Source: Staphylococcus phage vB_StaM_PB50
Strand: one strand, 5' to 3'
Length of the DNA: 64,000 bases
Sequence record: OR770614.1
Shown: positions 20,586-30,953 of the stretch, piece after piece
Numbering within the stretch: position 1 is the first letter of the stretch
How the letters are laid out: every line of letters begins with the position of its first letter
Program-made: the position numbers and the translations under genes
The notes under the pieces: model-generated
The model's database searches: none
Seen by the model: only the letters and a program-made list of their open reading frames with translations
What the model was told of the DNA's origin: nothing

Positions 20586-21392
20586 TTATTTAATATCTCC
20601 GTTACCTGAACCTGTAATTCCACCTTTGTTATAATCAAAGTCAGAAAGCTGAGCTCCTGCTTCTTTAGGTGAATTAGGATCAAACATACCTTGTTCAACG
20701 AAGCTGTATACTTCTTTAAGTTTAGACTTAGCGAAGTCATTTACACGAGCAGAGATTTCCATATTACCTGCGAAATCTTGTTCAATTTGAACTTCTTCGT
20801 GAGTTTCCATAGTATAGTTATGATGATCAATGCTAATACGAGTAGGCATAACAGCTGTATAGTAAGCAGCAAATTCAATGTTATTTTTACCAGTGTTATT
20901 AGCATCAGGACGAGTTTGGATGTATAGTAATTCTCCTGTATGGTTCTTAGCAGCATATTCTAAGTTATGAATCTTAGGATAAGTTGCAATACCAGTACGA
21001 GGATCACGAATACCAGATACCCAATATTGATACATATTTTTAATTGGACTACCAGAGAATTCTTGGTGAGTCATTTGGAAACCAGTGTTTCCTTTAGTGA
21101 TAGATGCAGCAGTACGATAGTTATTACCGTTAAACGTATGCATATAATCATTTGTAGTTAATTCAATATTTTCTAAACCTTGGAATGATTTAAAGTTCTT
21201 TTGAGTCATAGCTTTAAACCCAGGGAATTGTTTTTCAACCCATGAAGGAACTTTAGTCCATACGATAAAGCTGTAACCAGTTACGAACGGATCAAACTCA
21301 AGAGTTTGTAAGTTCATATGGCCATTGTAGAACCATTTATTTTTAGCGATGTTATTATCAAACACACGCTGATTCTTACTTGGTAAAATCAT
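20586..21392 (-). CDS. putative tail tube protein
   Basis: 268-aa ORF immediately downstream of, and co-oriented with, the tail sheath gene. Assignment is by synteny with contractile-tail modules only. Confidence 0.4.
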   Translation of the reverse strand: MILPSKNQRVFDNNIAKNKWFYNGHMNLQTLEFDPFVTGYSFIVWTKVPSWVEKQFPGFKAMTQKNFKSFQGLENIELTTNDYMHTFNGNNYRTAASITKGNTGFQMTHQEFSGSPIKNMYQYWVSGIRDPRTGIATYPKIHNLEYAAKNHTGELLYIQTRPDANNTGKNNIEFAAYYTAVMPTRISIDHHNYTMETHEEVQIEQDFAGNMEISARVNDFAKSKLKEVYSFVEQGMFDPNSPKEAGAQLSDFDYNKGGITGSGNGDIK

Positions 21393-21523
21393 AGATTATT
21401 TTCTCCTTTTCATAAATATTTATCCATAATGATATATAATAAAGAGTTTATATTAACTTCATATTAGTATAAATAATTATAAGATAATATCTTTTATATT
21501 TTAAAATTTATAAATAAAAAATA

Positions 21524-21562
21524 GGATACGACTTACATTGTCGTATCCTATAATGGGTTTAT
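21524..21562 (-). terminator. rho-independent terminator after the sheath gene
   Basis: Hairpin 'aggatacgac...gtcgtatcct' followed on the minus strand by 'tattttttat'. Confidence 0.5.
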
Positions 21563-21571
21563 ATTAAACTA

Positions 21572-24500
21572 TTATTTTTCAACATTGATATCAATGAAGA
21601 TACGTTCAATAACATTGTTGAATTTAACAGAAATACGTACACGTACGATACGTTGAGCTTTATCATATTCATCAGCACTAACTTCAGCTTGAATAGTTTC
21701 ACAACTACGGTTAGATACATAACGAGTTAAATAAGAATTCAATTCTGTATTCATGATAGAACGAGTTTCATCATCATTTAATTCAAATTGGTAATCAGAA
21801 ACTAATGTTTCAGCATCACGTTTAATTTGATTTAATGTGAAGATATTATTAAGGTTAGATAATGGACCATCTGATTTAATAGATGTCATTTGAGAACCAA
21901 ATTTAGTTCTATCAATATCTTTTTCAATGTAGTTAATCTTAGAAGTATAAAGTTTTTCTTTATAAGGTTCATTAGGAGCCCATGATAAAGCTTTATGTCC
22001 TTCTACTAGTCCACGTCTAGGTCCTGCAATAGGGAAGTGTAAACCAGAATTAACTGCTTGATAAGGAATCATTGAAGCTAAACGATAAGTTGGTGTGAAA
22101 CGAATGTCTCTACCAGTATACTCATCATAGTAAGTTAAGTCTTGAGAGTAAATAGCTGTGTACTCAGAAGATACTGCAAATTCTTCTTTTCTCCATTTAA
22201 TTGCATCTTCAGGACTAACTGGGTAACGATCAGTAATAGTATCAGCTAAGAATACAAAGTCCTTACGGTTGTTTTTAGCTAATTCGGAAATAGCGAACTT
22301 AACTTCGTTAGAATAACGAGCATCAAGAACAACATCAAACGGAACAGCTTTTGTATTTGTTAAATCTTCATCAATTAAACCTTTATAAGCTTTAATTAAT
22401 TCACGATTAACTGCATTCTTACGTTCACTATATGATAAATCATTTTCATAAGAGAAATCACCATCTGAACCGAATAAGAATTTAACCGGACTAGCTACAT
22501 CAATAAGGTTAGTATTGAAGTATTTAGAGTTAGCTTTATTCAAGTTAGCAACAGCCAATTCAATATTTTGATGAGCATTTGAAGTGATATCACGTTCAGT
22601 ATAGTTAGAACGAGTTTGGATCATTTCATCAATGTTCTTACGGAAAATAGCAATATCATAATAGATAGTGTTAGCTGCAATACGTACAGCACGAGCAACT
22701 TTATAAGTTGAAGATACTGAAACAGCTCTATTAATTAAGTCAACTAATTGATTAGCAATTTCATTACATATAGTATAAACTTCTTCACGATTAGTTGCGT
22801 TATCTTCCATTAAACCTACACGAACATCATCAATCAATAATTGACAATCTGCAATACGGTTTAACATAGATTCAGGAGAAACTATTTCACGTTCACCGTC
22901 TCCATCTTCATCAGGAACAGTGTTAATGAATTTAATAGCATCTTCTGGTAATCCTTCTTTAACAGCAGGAATTAAATTATCAGTAACATATTTAAGTTCA
23001 GTTTCAGTATCGTTTAATACTTTACTCATACCTTCAATATTAGTTACAGATTTCATTCCAATACGTAATTCAGCAATATCATTTGTAATATCTAAGATAT
23101 TAGATTTATGTTGAATACCAAAGATACGGATTTGGTCTTTTTGAGAAAGAACATCACGTAATTCTTTAACATCTGCTTGATATTTAGGATTTGAAGAAAT
23201 ACCTGAATTAGATTTATAAACTAATTCATAAGCTGCATTAAGTTTATTACCATTATCTAAGAATTCATTTAATAGTAAAGAACCAATTTCTTCAGAAGAA
23301 GCTAATACAGCTGATAAGTTTTCTTCATTAGAATCTTCGAAATAAGTTTTATAGTTTTCAACCAATTCAGAAACAACGCCTGAAGGTTTACCACCAAAGT
23401 TAATTTCAGAAGGTTTGAATTTTTCAGCTAATTCTTTTTCTACTGCTTCTTCATCTTCAATATTAGATGTAACATCTTCTTGAGTTAATTTATCAGAAAC
23501 TAAATTCTCTTTAATTGTCTTAGGAAGATCCCCTGCATCATCAACAAATAATCCACCATTAGGTACGATAATTTTGTTTAAGATTGACTTGAATTCAGAG
23601 AATTTATCAGAACGTAGAGTCTTATATTGATCTCTCATGTAAGATAAACGGTCAGAATCTGTTACAAATGATTTCTCACGAATACCATTATCTAATGAAA
23701 TTAAAGCATTTTCAACTGGATCGTTAAAATCAGGTTTATTTAATACTGGTTGTCCATTAATAGTTACTGGAATACCTTTATTATTGTAGCGTTGTAAAGA
23801 AATATGAACATCTTCTGAATCTTTAGTAACTTCAGAATAGAATGTTTCAGGAGCTCCGTCTAAACCTACTTTAGAACGTCCAGAAATAACATCAATACTA
23901 GCTGGATGAACATATGGATTAATTTGTTCAGCTAATCTTTGGAAATTTTCAAGATTAAATTTAATATTGATATATTTAGAATAACGATTAACTACTTCTT
24001 CGATAAACATTGATTCACCAGTATCAGAAATTGAATCTGTATCAAATGTTACTAAGAAAGGTCCATCTATTACATTAACGTTACCAAATTCATCGAAATC
24101 TAATACTTCTAGATTATAAACACGTTCTGTACGACCACTAGTGTCATAAGAAGTATTTAATGTTAAACGAATTCCTAAATCGTTATAAGATTCACCACGA
24201 CCATTTGGATAAGCTAATAATAAGAAATTATTATTATATCCATCTACAGTTTGTTCTGCAGTACGATCTAATGAAATTTCATTTACTAATTCTTCAATAT
24301 TTCTATTATTTTTCTTAACAAATGCAATAGTTGGACGAATTTTAACGTCATCAATTTCTACTAATTCATTTGCTTCTGTTAAAACTTTTTTGCCTTTACG
24401 TTGAACTCTACTTTGAACATTTAAAATGGCATGAGAGTAAGTTGCGTTATTAGGTAGTACACGTAATACGTAAGCTTGACCACCAGAACGTAACCAGTTT

Positions 24501-24721
24501 ACCATGTTGTAAGCAGTTTGTCCGTATTTTGCGTAATTTGGTTCACCATATTTAAAGATAAATTCTTCTTCAGTACCAACAAAGTCAATAACTCCATCTT
24601 TACCTTTTTCAAATGTGTCAGCTGCAAATAAAGTCACTGGACCTTCAGCTGTTTGGAAGTTATTTTGATAAGAGTTAACTTGAGTTTGTACAGAAGGATG
24701 GAGATACATAAAGTCTGCCAT
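21572..24721 (-). CDS. tail sheath protein (unusually large, 1049 aa)
   Basis: N-terminal 'GPVTLFAADTFEKGKDGVIDFVGTEEEFIFKYGEPNYAKYGQTAYNMVNWLRSGGQAYVLRV' parallels the T4 gp18 N-terminal pattern ('GTAALAGKFQWGP...FG.P....YFMSAMNFLQYGNDLRVVRA'). Followed by the tube-sized ORF. Confidence 0.6.
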   Translation of the reverse strand: MADFMYLHPSVQTQVNSYQNNFQTAEGPVTLFAADTFEKGKDGVIDFVGTEEEFIFKYGEPNYAKYGQTAYNMVNWLRSGGQAYVLRVLPNNATYSHAILNVQSRVQRKGKKVLTEANELVEIDDVKIRPTIAFVKKNNRNIEELVNEISLDRTAEQTVDGYNNNFLLLAYPNGRGESYNDLGIRLTLNTSYDTSGRTERVYNLEVLDFDEFGNVNVIDGPFLVTFDTDSISDTGESMFIEEVVNRYSKYINIKFNLENFQRLAEQINPYVHPASIDVISGRSKVGLDGAPETFYSEVTKDSEDVHISLQRYNNKGIPVTINGQPVLNKPDFNDPVENALISLDNGIREKSFVTDSDRLSYMRDQYKTLRSDKFSEFKSILNKIIVPNGGLFVDDAGDLPKTIKENLVSDKLTQEDVTSNIEDEEAVEKELAEKFKPSEINFGGKPSGVVSELVENYKTYFEDSNEENLSAVLASSEEIGSLLLNEFLDNGNKLNAAYELVYKSNSGISSNPKYQADVKELRDVLSQKDQIRIFGIQHKSNILDITNDIAELRIGMKSVTNIEGMSKVLNDTETELKYVTDNLIPAVKEGLPEDAIKFINTVPDEDGDGEREIVSPESMLNRIADCQLLIDDVRVGLMEDNATNREEVYTICNEIANQLVDLINRAVSVSSTYKVARAVRIAANTIYYDIAIFRKNIDEMIQTRSNYTERDITSNAHQNIELAVANLNKANSKYFNTNLIDVASPVKFLFGSDGDFSYENDLSYSERKNAVNRELIKAYKGLIDEDLTNTKAVPFDVVLDARYSNEVKFAISELAKNNRKDFVFLADTITDRYPVSPEDAIKWRKEEFAVSSEYTAIYSQDLTYYDEYTGRDIRFTPTYRLASMIPYQAVNSGLHFPIAGPRRGLVEGHKALSWAPNEPYKEKLYTSKINYIEKDIDRTKFGSQMTSIKSDGPLSNLNNIFTLNQIKRDAETLVSDYQFELNDDETRSIMNTELNSYLTRYVSNRSCETIQAEVSADEYDKAQRIVRVRISVKFNNVIERIFIDINVEK

Positions 24722-24848
24722 ATTTTTTGTAACCTTCCTTTCGATATTTACATCTATGTGATTTTATTTTTTCAATAGACATTTTTAATATAATAAATTT
24801 TATAATAGTATGTTTAAAGTACAGAAGTATATATGAAACACAATGCAA

Positions 24849-25043
24849 CTATTCCATAGAACTTTTAACTAATTTTTCTACATCAGCTTTATATTCTTCA
24901 GGTATTTGATCTATACTTATTTCATTTTGAAAAACTAAAAATGCTAAATAAGGTTTAAAATATTTTTTATTAGAATTAAATTTAGCAAATAACAGTAAAG
25001 ATTTTACCAAAGGTAATAAATTCTTTGATATTTTCCATATCAT
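24849..25043 (-). CDS. hypothetical small protein
   Basis: 64-aa ORF in an intergenic slot. Weak support. Confidence 0.25.
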   Translation of the reverse strand: MIWKISKNLLPLVKSLLLFAKFNSNKKYFKPYLAFLVFQNEISIDQIPEEYKADVEKLVKSSME

Positions 25044-25063
25044 ATTATTAACACTTCTTTCTA

Positions 25064-25837
25064 TTAATATTTCATAACATCTTCTAAAGGTGTACGTTTT
25101 TCTTCTCCACCCTTAGCAGTTCTACCTATAGAACTTACAATTGTATCATCCATTCCTTCAAATGTAAATGAAGCAAATGTTGAATTAAGATTAGGTAATT
25201 TCTTAAGATTATAATTAATATAGTCTAATGATCCTACATTATCTTTTTTATTCAAAGCTATTCTATAAGGCATTTCTACATTACCTTTATATCTACATAT
25301 TTCAGCAATAATTAATTCATAAGTTAATGAATTTGATTTAAGATTTACTTTATTACTATTTAATACATCATAATGAAGTTTAATAATATCATTATAATCT
25401 ACAAATGAAGGTAATTTTCCTGCATGGAATAAGAATAAGAAATTCTTAACAGTTTCAGCTGATTGTTCAATATGTACATTAGCCATAAACTGACAACCAT
25501 TAGTTAATCTAAATACATCATATTGAATTGAATCTAAACCTTCTGATAATTTCCCATCAAATTTAAACTGTTCTGTATAGTTGAAATCCATTCTATTAGG
25601 ATATTTAATCTTTCTAACTTCCCCAGATTTACCTTCTTCAGCTTGTTTTTCAGTTTTAATTTCAAATTGGAACATACCATAAGCATTAATATATTCTCCA
25701 CGATGTTCAGCTAAACCATTTTTAAACTGTTCTCTTGGTATATAAATATCTAATACTTCACCAGTAAAAATTATTGAATTTCCATCTCTTCTAAATTCTT
25801 TAATATTCAATTTTAAATATATCTCCCTTCTATTCAA
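25064..25837 (-). CDS. hypothetical protein
   Basis: 257-aa ORF between nrdF and the sheath gene. No motif. Confidence 0.45.
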   Translation of the reverse strand: MNRREIYLKLNIKEFRRDGNSIIFTGEVLDIYIPREQFKNGLAEHRGEYINAYGMFQFEIKTEKQAEEGKSGEVRKIKYPNRMDFNYTEQFKFDGKLSEGLDSIQYDVFRLTNGCQFMANVHIEQSAETVKNFLFLFHAGKLPSFVDYNDIIKLHYDVLNSNKVNLKSNSLTYELIIAEICRYKGNVEMPYRIALNKKDNVGSLDYINYNLKKLPNLNSTFASFTFEGMDDTIVSSIGRTAKGGEEKRTPLEDVMKY

Positions 25838-25885
25838 TATTTCATAAATATAAGAATGTTAGAGCTCAATTTTCGTGCGTAAAAA

Positions 25886-25920
25886 ATACCCTAACATCTC
25901 AATTAGAAATGTTAGGGTTG
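25886..25920 (-). terminator. rho-independent terminator after nrdF (stem 'CCCTAACAT/ATGTTAGGG')
   Basis: Inverted repeat followed on the minus strand by 'tatttttt'. Confidence 0.55.
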
Positions 25921-25945
25921 CAAATTAATCATATACACTTGTTTA

Positions 25946-27016
25946 TTAATCTATATAATAACTATGATTGAATCTATCATCTGCTTTATCTTTATATGAA
26001 TTAATAATATTTTTATTAAGTTCATTAACATCAATTACATCGTAATCTTCTTCTTTAGTATTTTCAGCTTTACCTAATAAATAACCATTACCTTCTTGAG
26101 AGAAGAAGTCATGATTTCCTGTAGAAGTTTTTAATCCTGCCATTACAATAGGATTTACATCTTCTTCAGTAGTTTCGAAAATAGGATCTAACTTAAGATT
26201 TGATAAAGCTTTATTAGCATTGTATTGAGCAAATAATTTAACATCTTCAGCCCAACCAATTTCAGTATAAACTTCTTCAATGAATTCACATTCAACTTGA
26301 TATAGTTCAAATAGCAAATTAGTTACCCACATTTTAGTTTCATTTTGTTCTTCTTCACTTAATTTTTCAAATCTCTTACTGAATTTATATCCAATATATG
26401 AACCATGAACTGATTCATCTCTTAAAATTAATTTTATGATTTCAAGAACTGATTTAAGACTATCTTTTAATCGTAATGGAGTATAGAAACCTGAATAGAA
26501 TAAGAATGATTCTAAAAATACTGAAGCTGCTTGAACCTTAAGGATATCTCCTGATTGATAAGCTTCATTAATTAATTTAATTTTCTTTTGTACATATTTA
26601 TTATTTTCTGCCCATTCAAAGTTTTCATCAACTTCTTTTGAAGTGCATAATGTAGTAAAAATAGTACTATAACTACGAGCATGAATTGATTCCATAAAAC
26701 CGATATTTCTTAATACATCTTCTTCTAATGTAGTTAATGCACTATGCATTAAAGCATCAGAACCTTCACGTGATTGAAGTGTATCTAAAATAGTCAATTC
26801 TGCAAATACTTTATTAACTACACTTTTAGTCAAATCATCAGTATTACTCCAAGCTTTAATATCATTAGAAACTGGAATACGTGTTGATGTCCAGAATTGA
26901 GATACTAAAGTATCATATGTCATAATATCTACATAATCATCCACTCTATTCCAATTGACAGGTGTATAATAACCTTTATCTTTTGTATAACTTGTTAAGA
27001 AATCTCCTCTATCCAT
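25946..27016 (-). CDS. nrdF: ribonucleotide reductase class Ib beta subunit
   Basis: 356 aa with R2-like features ('ELTILDTLQS', 'ESIHARSYS', 'FLESFLFYSGFYTPL', 'DESVHG'). Located in the operon with nrdH, nrdI and nrdE. Confidence 0.85.
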   Translation of the reverse strand: MDRGDFLTSYTKDKGYYTPVNWNRVDDYVDIMTYDTLVSQFWTSTRIPVSNDIKAWSNTDDLTKSVVNKVFAELTILDTLQSREGSDALMHSALTTLEEDVLRNIGFMESIHARSYSTIFTTLCTSKEVDENFEWAENNKYVQKKIKLINEAYQSGDILKVQAASVFLESFLFYSGFYTPLRLKDSLKSVLEIIKLILRDESVHGSYIGYKFSKRFEKLSEEEQNETKMWVTNLLFELYQVECEFIEEVYTEIGWAEDVKLFAQYNANKALSNLKLDPIFETTEEDVNPIVMAGLKTSTGNHDFFSQEGNGYLLGKAENTKEEDYDVIDVNELNKNIINSYKDKADDRFNHSYYID

Positions 27017-27042
27017 ATTAACTTAATCTCCTTCTTTTAATT

Positions 27043-27261
27043 TTAAACTAATATAAAATCAATTATCTGTACATTGCTATCTCTAACATGTCTAAATTGA
27101 TCATCATAATTTTCTAAGTAATAATGAACTTTATTATCCAAGTCAGAGCTATTAGAGATAACCTCTTTAGCTCCACTTGGTAAATCTATTACTACTATTA
27201 ATATTTCTGGTTCTTTATTTAAATTTCTATATTTACTTTCAAATTTTTCTTTTAATGTCAT
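27043..27261 (-). CDS. hypothetical small protein between nrdE and nrdF
   Basis: ORF trimmed to the ATG at 27261, preceded by 'AGGAGG', immediately after the nrdE stop. ~72 aa. Confidence 0.4.
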   Translation of the reverse strand: MTLKEKFESKYRNLNKEPEILIVVIDLPSGAKEVISNSSDLDNKVHYYLENYDDQFRHVRDSNVQIIDFILV

Positions 27262-27277
27262 ATTAAATACCTCCTGA

Positions 27278-28732
27278 TTAAATTGAACAAGATTCACATT
27301 CAACAATACCTTGAGAGTTTTCATCATGGTCTGGTGAATAAATACGAGTATAATACATAGATTTAATACCTTTACTATAAGCATAGTTACGTAATCTACT
27401 AATATCTCGTGTAGTTGTTTCTTTATCTAAAGAATCTTTTTTCCATTCATAAAGATCTGGATCAAGTTCATTCATTAAATAAATATTCATTGAAATACCT
27501 TGGTCTACATGATATTGAGCTTCTGAATATAAATCAATCATATCTCTCATATCTAATTGATAAGCATTTTTCTTAAAGTATTCAAAGTTTTCAGGATTAA
27601 TACCTGGTGCTGGATAGAAAGTAGTACCTGTTTTACCTTCAACACGTTCTTCAATTAATTCTACAATAGGATGAATAGAAGGTGACACTTCTCTAACATA
27701 ACCAATAGAACCATTAGGTGCTACAGCTAATCTATTTTGATTGTATAAACCATCCATTACAATATTATTCTTCAATTGTTCCCAATCAGAATCAGATGGA
27801 ATAAAGATATCTTCAAATAATTCTTTAACTTTTTCCGTACGTGGTTGAATATTTTTACCAATATAACGTTTATCAAAGTAAGAACCATCAGCATATTCAG
27901 TTTTTTCAAATAAATAGAATGATTCATCTTTTTCTTTAGCAATTTTATTTGATTCAAATAATGTCCAATAGTTTAATAACATGAAATAAATATTAGTGAA
28001 ATCTTTAGATTCTTCTGATCCATATTGAATATGATTTTCAGCTAAATAAGTGTGTAATCCCATTGCACCTAAACCAACTGTATGGAATAAATCATTAGCT
28101 TTTTTAACTGTAGGTACAGCTTCAATATTAGATTTTTCTGCTACTGAATTTAAACTTCTTAACATAGTCCCAACTGATTTACCAAAGTCTTCTGATTTCA
28201 TTAAACCAGGTACAATAGTTGAAGCTAAGTTACATGAAACATCTGTTCCTGTTTTAACGTATTGTTGATTATCGTCAACTAATGAAGGGTATTGTACTTG
28301 TAAAATTTCACTACATAAGTTACTCATTTTAATTGTACCATGACTAATTGGATTAGCTCTATTAGCAGTATCAATATTAATGATATAAGGATAACCAGAC
28401 TCTTGTTGTAATTTACTAATAGTAGTTTCTAAATCACGAGCATACATTTTTTCTTTACCAATACGTTTATCATCTACAAAGATATCATAGTAAGTATTAA
28501 AGTCAATACTATCGAAATCTAAATCATAATATTTTTTAATATCATATGGACTAAATGTATATAATGATTTATTTTCTTTAACTAGTTGATAATATTTATC
28601 TGGAACTGTTAAACCTAATGAAATAGTTTTTAATCTTACTTTTTCATCAGCATTTTCTTTCTTAGTATCTAAGAATTTTATTATATCTTTATGGAAAATG
28701 TTTAAGTAAAGTGCACCTGCACCATTTCTCTG
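27278..28732 (-). CDS. nrdE: ribonucleotide reductase class Ib alpha subunit, exon 2
   Basis: Begins 'QRNGAGALYLNIF', which continues the R1 motif 'NQLG|(A)RQGAGA'. Ends '...ECESCSI' (C-terminal redox cysteines). An in-frame stop lies immediately upstream of the listed Met, so translation must continue from exon 1. Confidence 0.85.
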   Translation of the reverse strand, partial: QRNGAGALYLNIFHKDIIKFLDTKKENADEKVRLKTISLGLTVPDKYYQLVKENKSLYTFSPYDIKKYYDLDFDSIDFNTYYDIFVDDKRIGKEKMYARDLETTISKLQQESGYPYIINIDTANRANPISHGTIKMSNLCSEILQVQYPSLVDDNQQYVKTGTDVSCNLASTIVPGLMKSEDFGKSVGTMLRSLNSVAEKSNIEAVPTVKKANDLFHTVGLGAMGLHTYLAENHIQYGSEESKDFTNIYFMLLNYWTLFESNKIAKEKDESFYLFEKTEYADGSYFDKRYIGKNIQPRTEKVKELFEDIFIPSDSDWEQLKNNIVMDGLYNQNRLAVAPNGSIGYVREVSPSIHPIVELIEERVEGKTGTTFYPAPGINPENFEYFKKNAYQLDMRDMIDLYSEAQYHVDQGISMNIYLMNELDPDLYEWKKDSLDKETTTRDISRLRNYAYSKGIKSMYYTRIYSPDHDENSQGIVECESCSI

Positions 28733-29446
28733 CATTTATGTTAACTGTATTAATGTAATACAGATCAGACTATGTCTTATTATTCTTCTCTAATTCATAA
28801 TGGCATTTTTTACAAACTGTAATAACATTTTCATCATAATGTGCTTCATTAGGATCATTAAATTTTATTATAGGTATAATATGATGTATTTCTAAGTTTT
28901 CTTTAGAATTACAGTTAGTACACATATAATTATCTCTTTTCATGATCTCTTTTCTACGTCTTCTATAAGTTCCACCGTATCTTGTTGGATTTTCTTTAGA
29001 ATAAGTATAATTGGCACATCTATCAGAACAAAAGTATCTCTCTTTATTATTAGCAAAAGTTAAAGAAGGTCTAGAGAATGTTTTATTACAAGTAAAACAT
29101 TTTTCTTTTCTTAATTTTCTTTTAGCTATAACAGAAGCACATTTTTTTGAACAACTGTCAGATTCTTTATGAGATGTTCTAAATTCATTATTACAAATAG
29201 TACAAATTTTTAAATAACGTCTATTTTTACAATTTTGAGAACAATATACTTTAGATTTATATTTTGTTTCAAAATTCTTACTACAAACAGGACATTTTTT
29301 ATTTTCCATTATTATCACCTCAAATCATTATTTGAGAAGAATAATTAATATATTTAGTCGTTGAACAACTTTTTTAAGTTGATGCTAATTGGTTTAATAG
29401 AAACGTCTTAGCAATTAATATTATTTTTATTGAGCCATTAAAATTA
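28733..29446 (-). mobile_element. group I intron in nrdE carrying an HNH homing endonuclease ORF
   Basis: On the minus strand: P 'aattgctaagacg', Q 'aattagcatc', R 'gttcaacgactaaa' (~29352-29366), S 'aagacatagtctgatc' (~28771-28790). Exon 1 ends with U ('...caattgggt|taattttaatggctc'). The intron ends with G immediately before 'cagagaaatgg'. ORF sits between R and S (P8). Confidence 0.75.
28770..29318 (-). CDS. intron-encoded HNH homing endonuclease with multiple CxxC zinc-finger motifs
   Basis: C-terminal HNH motif 'ENLEIHHIIPIIKFNDPNEAHYDENVITVCKKCHYELE'. N-terminal repeated 'CPVCSK', 'CSQNCKNRR', 'CTICNNEF', 'CFTCNKTF' motifs. Confidence 0.8.
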   Translation of the reverse strand: MIIMENKKCPVCSKNFETKYKSKVYCSQNCKNRRYLKICTICNNEFRTSHKESDSCSKKCASVIAKRKLRKEKCFTCNKTFSRPSLTFANNKERYFCSDRCANYTYSKENPTRYGGTYRRRRKEIMKRDNYMCTNCNSKENLEIHHIIPIIKFNDPNEAHYDENVITVCKKCHYELEKNNKT

Positions 29447-30193
29447 ACCCAATTGATTTACATATGATAAAGTATCTTCAAATACTTTCATAACTGGAAC
29501 TACTCCTGAAGCAGCACCTTCAACGCCTTTAATTGGATCATTGTCAGCACGTAAATTACTTAAAGATACTCCAATTCCTCCACCACGTTTACTTAATTGA
29601 GCAACGTTAGAAATATTTCTATAGATAGATGATAAAGAATCTTCCATAGTTAATAAGAAACAACTTACCAATTCTCCAGAACGTACTCTACCTGCATTAA
29701 GGAATGTAGGTGTAGCAGGTTGAAAAGTGCCTGTAATAATTTCATTAGCAATATTTCTAGCTAATTCTTCATCCCCATCAGCTAAATATAGAGCAACAAA
29801 TAAAATTCTATCTTCATATAATTCTAATAAAATTTCTCCTGCATCATCTTTCATTGCATACTGTTCATAGAATTTTTTAGCACCTAATAAACGAGTGAAT
29901 CTATGTTTATAAGCCATTAATTCTTTCATTAATCCTTTAATAAATTCAAAATCATAATTTTTGATCATATCTACATCAATATAATCATTATCGACTAAAT
30001 AGTTAATTTTTTCTTTATATGTTTTAAAGTATCTTACATTTTTATTTACATTATCTAAAAAGTATTTTTTAACTGAAGCTAATTCAAATTCTAAATCTAA
30101 ATTGCCATCTTTTAATTGTGAACCTCTTGAATTCAATTCATTGTATGAATAATCTTTAAACTTTTCTGAAGTTAAATCTATTTCTTTTGGCAT
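29447..30193 (-). CDS. nrdE: ribonucleotide reductase class Ib alpha subunit, exon 1
   Basis: N-terminal ATP-cone-less NrdE-type sequence ending '...TLSYVNQLG' (conserved NQLG before the GAGA loop). The stop codon directly after lies in the intron. Confidence 0.85.
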
Positions 30194-30213
30194 TTTATCC
30201 TATCTCCTTATAT

Positions 30214-30636
30214 CTATACTAATTCTAAATCTTTATTTATAATACTAGAGTTATTTAATTCTTTTAATTTTTTATTTAATTCAATATGTTCATTTTTGAT
30301 TCCGAATAATTCTATACCCATTAATAGTTCTAAATTAAAATCATTACATAATTTCTTAGGTGTAGTTAAGAATTCATAATTAAGATTTCTATTACCTGAA
30401 CCTACAATACCAATGCATCTACTTAGATTCATTCCATTACTAAAAAATTTTTTAACATGATTATAAATTGCATGTGGAGTATTATAAGATCCACATATAA
30501 GTATATAATCTTCATCCATTTCTATTTCTTCACAGTTATTTCTATTAAGTTCAATAGGTTCTCCAACTATTGTTCTGTCTAATTTATCTGCAAATTTTTT
30601 ACTATTACCTGTTAAAGTAAAATAAACTAATTTCAT
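30214..30636 (-). CDS. nrdI: NrdI flavodoxin-like protein
   Basis: 140 aa, 'MKLVYFTLTGNSKKFADKL' (FMN-binding N-terminus typical of NrdI). Position between nrdH and nrdE. Confidence 0.75.
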   Translation of the reverse strand: MKLVYFTLTGNSKKFADKLDRTIVGEPIELNRNNCEEIEMDEDYILICGSYNTPHAIYNHVKKFFSNGMNLSRCIGIVGSGNRNLNYEFLTTPKKLCNDFNLELLMGIELFGIKNEHIELNKKLKELNNSSIINKDLELV

Positions 30637-30731
30637 GAAAATCTCTCCATTTAATTATATTTTCTAAATTCGAGGTTTAAAATAGATCCATCATAAGTTA
30701 TCCTTATGATAGATCATTTTAATTCATATAT

Positions 30732-30935
30732 TTAATATCCTACTTGACGATATTCCCATTTCCAAAAACTACCATCAGATTCAAAAGTATAATTCCAACC
30801 TTCAATACTGAAATTTTCTTTATAAGGTCCTTCGTATAAAGGTTTATCATTTAATTCTTCAACTTGACCATTTTGAATCATTTCAGAGAGTTTTTTATAA
30901 TCTACTGATTCTTTATTTTCAAAGATAGTATTCAT
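30732..30935 (-). CDS. hypothetical small protein
   Basis: 67-aa ORF between nrdH and nrdI. Confidence 0.35.
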   Translation of the reverse strand: MNTIFENKESVDYKKLSEMIQNGQVEELNDKPLYEGPYKENFSIEGWNYTFESDGSFWKWEYRQVGY

Positions 30936-30953
30936 AATGATAAATCATCCTTT

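Noticed and set aside
28733-29446. Possibility that the nrdE interruption is an intein rather than an intron.
   Set aside because: The insert is not in-frame with NrdE (stops in the host frame). It has a free-standing endonuclease ORF with its own start, and carries canonical group I P/Q/R/S elements.
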